Shown piece after piece: positions 56,935-64,000 of a DNA stretch of 64,000 bases. The notes under the pieces were generated by a model. The model did not search any database. It saw only the letters and a program-made list of their open reading frames with translations, and was not told where the DNA came from. A program made the position numbers and the translations under genes. Position 1 is the stretch's first letter. Each line of letters starts with the position of its first letter. This DNA comes from Eledone cirrhosa (Eukaryota), in contig OZ024741.1 in NCBI GenBank assembly GCA_964016885.1, positions 397,482,001-397,546,000 on the forward strand. Reading direction: 5' to 3'.

Positions 56935-57426
56935 GACCCAGAAAAACCTGGGACGACTTGATAAATTTCGACCTCACACACTTACACCTCTCCAAGACAA
57001 TGTCACTGGACCGAGATATTTGGCGATACACAGTAATACAGAAGACCCGCCTTGCCTAAGTACAAAGCGAAACCTACAGTCAGTAGGCACCTCTAACAAA
57101 AATACAACCCTGTCCCACTACCCCCACCCCATCCACACCACCCCTTCCGATGTGAAGTTATGTTGGTCCCACAACATCCAGTCCGAAACTAATGAGGTCG
57201 TGTAGGTGTCACGACAAAAAAACACACAGTCCACGCTGTAATGTGGCCGTGTAGGTAACACGGTAAAAACCTCCCAGTCCACACTGTAAACGTGATTGGT
57301 GTTAGGAAGGGCATCCCGCTATAGAAAACCCGCCAGACAGTCCTATACGAGCAGGACAACCAATCTTGCCTCAAGTGGGAAAACTCCCGTCCAAACCCAT
57401 GCAAGCGTGGAAGATGGACGTTAAAC

Positions 57427-57462
<36 letters not shown>
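56935..57462 (+). mobile_element. RTE LINE 3' end with (GAT)n tail
   Basis: Reverse-complement homolog of 60418-60937. Confidence 0.85.
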
Positions 57463-57503
<41 letters not shown>

Positions 57504-57505
<2 letters not shown>

Positions 57506-57702
57506 ACAAAGGAATTGTGGTAAGGAACCAGATGGACCATAACGCACCAGAGTACTCAATACTTAGGGTAGTAGAGTGGGAAATAGGAAAAAGTGTGACC
57601 CCGACGGCAGAGCTCAAGCCGTTTCGACGGCTATTTCTAGAATAGCCGTCCAGAAATAGCCGTCCAAACGGCTTGAGCTCCGCCGTCGGGGTTGCACTTT
57701 TT

Positions 57703-57708
<6 letters not shown>
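57504..57708 (-). mobile_element. Truncated U3-A8 HHR family copy with fold-back
   Basis: 57583-57638 / 57652-57708 inverted; matches 43635-43772. Confidence 0.85.
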
Positions 57709-57769
<61 letters not shown>

Positions 57770-57777
<8 letters not shown>

Positions 57778-60254
57778 GGAAGATGGACATTGTTTAGTGT
57801 ACCGAACTTGCATGCTACACCGTTCATCCAATTTTCATGAAACCTCACACATATATAAAACTCAACGCGTAGAGTGGAATAGGCTACTTGAAATTTTCGA
57901 AAAATCGATAATCGGGCCCTATGACAGAATGTTTTTCGATTCCAATGAAATTTTATGTGAATTCGAACACAAGAACTCTTAGTTTACATCTGGCGCAATA
58001 AAAAATAAATTTCATATGCCCATATAAGGACGTGCGTTATTGATTGGACGGCCAGCTGCATGTCTTCCCAGCTGTCTCAGTAAAGAGTTTATCTTTTCAT
58101 ATTCCACCTTATTCAAGTGGAAATACAGTATTATCCCTATCTGAAAAGGGAACCAAATTTAATGGTGTCTTTTGTGAGTAAATTTTCAAACAGTCTTAAA
58201 TAATCATGCTTTTTGAAAAAAAAAATTACTAAATAATACGTTGGCCAAGTTGTGTTGTACACATACAATACAAGTAAAAAAAATTACGTCGTACCAATGT
58301 TTTCCTTTTTTAAACAAAAGATTCTAAAAAATTACTTAATTTATAATACAGTCTTTTGCACAGGAAGTGAGTAACTTTTCGGGTGTTTAAACGTAAGTTC
58401 ACCAGGGTTTGTGTCTTCATTATTAGCCCACCTCTAATGGCATTTTTTGTTCTGCTTACGACTAAATGTTATGAGCGTATTTGCAATTAATTGCGCACAC
58501 GTGCACACCTGCATGCCGATAGACACTGACAGCCAATAAAAAATCGATAACTTGCTTATTAAGATATTGGTCAAAAAGAGAGATTGAATGTACTTTAGAA
58601 CATTTTTTTAATATATTGTTCTTTTTGGCATGATATGTCAGAAATATAGCTACTATACACTTTGGTTATTTTTTTGTAACTAAAAAACGGTTCTTTTTGG
58701 GTGGATACTTAACGAGAAAAATCCTAGGGTTTTGGACAAGTTTTTTTCAGGCGCTGTATAGACGCCTATTTTGTCACACCTTGGTCATGAATTCGTATTC
58801 TTTTCCAATAGATATTTTCCGCTCTATAAGGCTCACCAGGATATAAGGCGTATCATTTAAAATCACGTCTGCGCAACGGCGTGTAAGGCCAACCAGAAAA
58901 TGCTATCTTCTTTACTTTTAGTCTAGATCTATTACTTCTGTTAGAGCCGTGATTGATTACCATTGTATTATTTATACATAAGGCTCACCGGAGTATAAAG
59001 CGCAGAGCTGTTTTTTGATTAAATTTAATTATTTTAAGTGCAATTTATAGACGGGAAAATTCGGTAAGTTATTGTAATCATATTTCCAAACCTTCCCATT
59101 CACCAGTAACCATGCTAACGAATCTGGTGTCATCTCTCTCTCTATTTAATCACCTCTCTCTAACCTAACAGCTTCGTTACACGTCGTTATGCCCACACGG
59201 AAACGTTCAAGACTTACCTCCAAAAAAGGTACAGCTACTGCTTTGAGACAACGAATTAGGCGTTCTCAGGTATGAGTTCATTCACAATTGATTAATCCTT
59301 TATGCAATATTCTCCCTTAATGTTAGCAAGTACTGCGTTTATCCTAACTGTCACCACTTTTAAGCAACTACAACATTCTAATCGTAGTTATATTAAATGT
59401 ATTGTCTTACCTTGATTCCCTTTTGTTCATGTTAGACTTTTCTCATTTACTATTGACACTGCCATTGGCTTAGCTAACCAGTAGAATTAATTAATTTTCT
59501 CTAGGAAACACCTGCTGAGCGCGAATCTCGACTCGCTGATAGACGTCTTTCCCGGCTGGTTGAGTCACCAACATCACGTACGACAAGGCTTGCTGATGTT
59601 CGCCTTCGTCGCCAACAAGCGCTGACGGAGGAATCACCAACATCCCGTCAGACGAGGCTTGAGGCTGTGGCAAAGGGCAATAACCCTAGATACAATTTTG
59701 ATCAACTTTTTTTCACCTATAGCAAATTTACCGGGACAGGTTTTTAGCTACTCAAATCTACTTCAGAGATCACGAATTGATGTAAAAAATCAATAAAACT
59801 GAAGCGGGGCTCGACTTTGCGCAAAAAAACAAGGCAAAGTTACACATGGGAAAACGTTTTACAGGAACGTCCTATATTCTTGAAAACTGTCACAAAAGAC
59901 TCGCCATTATGCCGCGGTTAAGATAAAGGCCCTTTTAATTCTTCTTCTGCACATGTGAGCGCAAAAATTGTAAAAATAAAAAAAACCTGAAAGTAATCGA
60001 CATTTTCACCCTGCTTTAAATTAACTGAACATTCAATATCAAGCGATTTTGACTTCCGTCAGTCGTGCAGAGAACAATTTCAACGATACACTGTGTAACT
60101 ACAATTAATAAATTACACACCTGTGTCTACTAACCTATTTTTTTCCATTGAAGTTCGAAGTTTTGAACCTGTGATGCGCGGGAAGTAACTTTCACACATT
60201 CTAACAGACCAAAGGTCGACTTACACCCGGGCAACGCCGGGTACTTCTGCTAGT
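57770..60254 (+). mobile_element. Non-autonomous Helitron
   Basis: 3' hairpin acccgg-gcaacg-ccgggt (60225-60242) followed 7 nt later by CTAG|T; 5' end merges into (TA)n and is inferred; no Rep-helicase ORF. Confidence 0.72.
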
Positions 60255-60368
60255 ATATATATATATATATATATATAACCCATGCTAGCGTGGAAGATGG
60301 ACGTTAAACGAAGATATCATGATGATGATATATATATACATGTATATATATATATATATATATACATG

Positions 60369-60401
<33 letters not shown>

Positions 60402-60417
60402 ATATATACATACATGT

Positions 60418-61435
60418 ATCATCATCATCATCATCATCATCATCATTGTTTAACGTCCATCTTCCACGCTAGCATGGGTTTGGACGGAAATTTTCCCACT
60501 TGAGGCAAGATTGGTTGTCTTGCTCGTATAGGACTGTCTGGCGGGTTTTCTACAGATGGATGCCCTTACTAACACCAACCACGTTTACAGTGTGGACTGG
60601 GAGGTTTTTACCGTGTTACCTACACGGCCACATTACAGCGTGGACTGTGTTTTTTTGTCGTGACACCTACACGACCTCATTTGTTTCGGACTGGATGTTG
60701 TGGTACCAACATAACATTACATTGGAAGGGGTGGTGTGGATGGGGTGGGGGGGTAGTAGAACGGGGGTGTATTTTTGTTAGAGGTGCCTACTGACTGTAG
60801 GTTTCGCTTTGTACTTACGCAAGGCGGGTCTTCTGTATTACTGTGTAGCGCCAAAGATCTCGGTCCAGTGACATTGTCTTGGAGAGGTGTAAGTGTGTGA
60901 GGTCGGAATTTATCAAGTCGTCCCAGGTTTTTCTGGGTCTGCCTACTCCGTGACTACCGTCTATTTTTATCGCCCTGCACTTTTTTATACAGCTGTCGTC
61001 TTTCATGCGCATCACGTGACCGTACCAACGTAGTCTTCTCTCGAGTAAACAGCATCTGATCCCTTTTATTCCTAAATTCTCCCTTAGTTCGTTTATGCTT
61101 TGCCATTCTCGTATATTGCTATTACACATCCAGCGGAGCATGCAAGCTTCGTTCCTCTCCAGTCTGCGTATATCCTCTGCACACAATGCCCAGGTCTCAC
61201 TGCCATGCAACATTGCTGTTCGTATGCAGGCATCATACAGCCTGCCTTTCATTTTTAGAGAGAACCCTTTAGCGGCCAATAGTGGTATAAGCTCTCCGAA
61301 CTTTTCCCATCCCGTTCTGACTCTAGCTACTGTACTTTCAGAGCACCCTCCACCACTGCTGATTTTGTCACCCAGGTAACGGAAGGTGTCCACTATTTCT
61401 ATAGAACCATCTGTGCAATGGAATGAGCTAGTATT
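60418..61435 (-). mobile_element. 5'-truncated RTE-clade LINE (RT C-terminus, 3' UTR, (GAT)n tail)
   Basis: [34 protein letters not shown]; stop at 60815. Confidence 0.92.
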
Positions 61436-61438
61436 CTT

Positions 61439-61491
<53 letters not shown>

Positions 61492-62277
61492 ATGCATACA
61501 TGTATGTATATATATATATATATATATACATACATACATGTATATATATATATATTTTTACATACATGTATATATATATATATTTTTTACATACATGTAT
61601 ATATATACGTACGTTATTCCGGGTTGAATCGGAGGTAACCACAGTAAGTAAGGTACTCAATACATTGCAGAGTATAAAAGTTTTAATATAGATGAGTTCT
61701 ACAGGACTAGAACTGCTTCATTCTTTAGAAATCATCAGGAATCTGGGTATCAAAAAATAAGTATGGTATTTATACAAGTGGGGAGTGGGATGGGTGTAGG
61801 TCATTGGTTGATAGAAAAGGGAATTCATTAAAAGCTAATTCTACAAAGCTATAGTTTATTTTTATTTATTTTTGTTTTTAGAGTAACAAAGGCAGACAGA
61901 ATTCTATAAACAGGTTCAGGATGGCATGCCACTCCTTATTATTAAGTTTCTCTTAAGCTAACAGGTGTCTATAAGATCAGTGGGGGGGTCAGTCATGGTA
62001 GATAGATTTAAAGGAAAGGGAGATTCTTTAAAAGCTAAATTCATTAAGGTTCTACTAAGTGACAAAGGTTTAGAGAATTCTGTAGACAAATTCAAAATAT
62101 TGAGTGCATATCATACAATTATCCTCAAATTTCTCTTAAACTGTTCAACTATATGCCAAAAATCAACAGACACATTCACAAAACACACTCACTCACACAC
62201 TCGCACCCATAAACACACATACACACACACATACACATATACACACATATACACACATATACACAGATAAATATATT

Positions 62278-62309
<32 letters not shown>

Positions 62310-62371
62310 TACACATACATACACACACATACATACACACATATATATATATGTATATATATATATATAAG

Positions 62372-62587
62372 AACGATCGACTTTTTTGTCAAATCGGACC
62401 GAGGGAACAATGTTTCCGTTGGTCTTTCCAATTGCTAATACTATCTATCGGACGCAACTCCAGGTAGAAGGAGCAACGTGAAATAAAGTGTCTTGCTCAA
62501 GGACATAACGCATCGCCTGGTCCAGGAATCGAACTCACAACCTTACGATTGCGAATACAATTCTCTAACCACTCAGCCACACGGCTT
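62372..62587 (-). mobile_element. SINE family B
   Basis: Reverse-complement match to 51403-51620. Confidence 0.85.
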
Positions 62588-62590
62588 CAC

Positions 62591-62597
62591 TATATAT

Positions 62598-62641
<44 letters not shown>

Positions 62642-62679
62642 TATATATATATATATATTATATATATTATATATATATA

Positions 62680-62722
<43 letters not shown>

Positions 62723-62745
62723 ATATTATATATATATATATATAT

Positions 62746-62835
<90 letters not shown>

Positions 62836-62849
62836 TATATATATATATT

Positions 62850-62884
<35 letters not shown>

Positions 62885-62944
62885 TATATATATATATTTA
62901 TATATATTATATATATATATTTATATATATTATATATATATATT

Positions 62945-62979
<35 letters not shown>

Positions 62980-62980
62980 T

Positions 62981-63013
<33 letters not shown>

Positions 63014-63014
63014 T

Positions 63015-63045
<31 letters not shown>

Positions 63046-63127
63046 TATATATATATATTTATATATATATATTTATATATATATATATATTATATTTATA
63101 TATATATATATATTATATATATATATT

Positions 63128-63162
<35 letters not shown>

Positions 63163-63180
63163 ATATTATATATATATATT

Positions 63181-63217
<37 letters not shown>

Positions 63218-63297
63218 ATATTATATATATATATTTATATATATATTTATATATATATATATATTATATATATATATTTATATATATATTATATATT

Positions 63298-63383
<86 letters not shown>
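62591..63383. repeat. ~790-bp imperfect (TA)n tract containing only A/T
   Basis: Directly visible. Confidence 0.97.
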
Positions 63384-63502
63384 GCACCCCATTTGCAACG
63401 CGCAGCCATCATTATTATCATATTTACACATAATTTTTCTTCTGCTGCTACCCGTCTGTTTCGTTCTTTGTATCATTATTATATATATATATATATGGTG
63501 AA

Positions 63503-63684
63503 TTGGCAGTATCGGTAGAGGGTTGGACGCCATGCTTTGACGCACAGAGTTACGGCCCTTGCCATTCTGAGTTCAAATCCCGCCGAGGTTAACTTTGCCT
63601 TTCATCCTTACGGGGTCGATAAAATAAAGTACAAGTAATGTACTGGGTAATTGCTGGCCTTGTGCCAAAAGTAGAAACAATTAT

Positions 63685-63686
<2 letters not shown>
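63503..63686 (+). mobile_element. SINE family A
   Basis: Full-length match to 1539-1717. Confidence 0.85.
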
Positions 63687-63722
<36 letters not shown>

Positions 63723-63827
63723 TATACACATATATAAGGAAAAATTGAACGGGAACAAAACAGAGGGGCAGAACAAACAAATGTTTATTGATTTCACGCT
63801 CTTGAGAGTGGGGTCACACATACACAC

Positions 63828-63858
<31 letters not shown>

Positions 63859-64000
63859 TACACCATACATACATATATTTATACATATATATACATATAC
63901 ATATATATATATATATATATGTAAGTATGTATGTATACGTACATACATATATGTATACAGACGTACAGTAGCATGCATATATATATATACATATATACAT

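Noticed and set aside
61700-61742. CTGATGA-tttctaaagaat-GAA motif family (also 37412 and 45075-45112)
   Set aside because: HHR-like spacing, but stems I and III could not be paired convincingly.

Overview
AT-rich eukaryotic DNA with no recognisable host gene. The SINE and LINE repertoire suggests an octopod cephalopod (recalled similarity, not verified by search). The window is a mosaic of transposons embedded in (TA)n, (CA)n and (GA)n microsatellites. It holds one intact, apparently young Penelope-like element (PLE; 819-aa RT + GIY-YIG ORF, YRDD type, probably Naiad clade) with direct and inverted pseudo-LTRs, and at least six other PLE copies or fragments. It also holds a near full-length Tx1/L1-clade LINE, a CR1-like LINE, RTE and CR1 3' fragments, two tRNA-derived SINE families, a non-autonomous Helitron and three minisatellites. 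The most striking signal lies outside the ORF track: about 23 hammerhead-ribozyme (HHR) motifs from a dozen or more sequence families, folded by eye. They include canonical monomer-type HHRs, minimal palindromic dimer-type HHRs, U4C core variants and a U3-A8 covariant core, several supported by compensatory base changes between copies. Many lie in short non-coding retrozyme-like units. These elements almost always sit in (TA)n tracts and often carry a fold-back inverted arm that ends at a TATA microhomology. Coordinates were read by hand: ribozymes and hairpins are good to a few nt, element ends to tens of nt.
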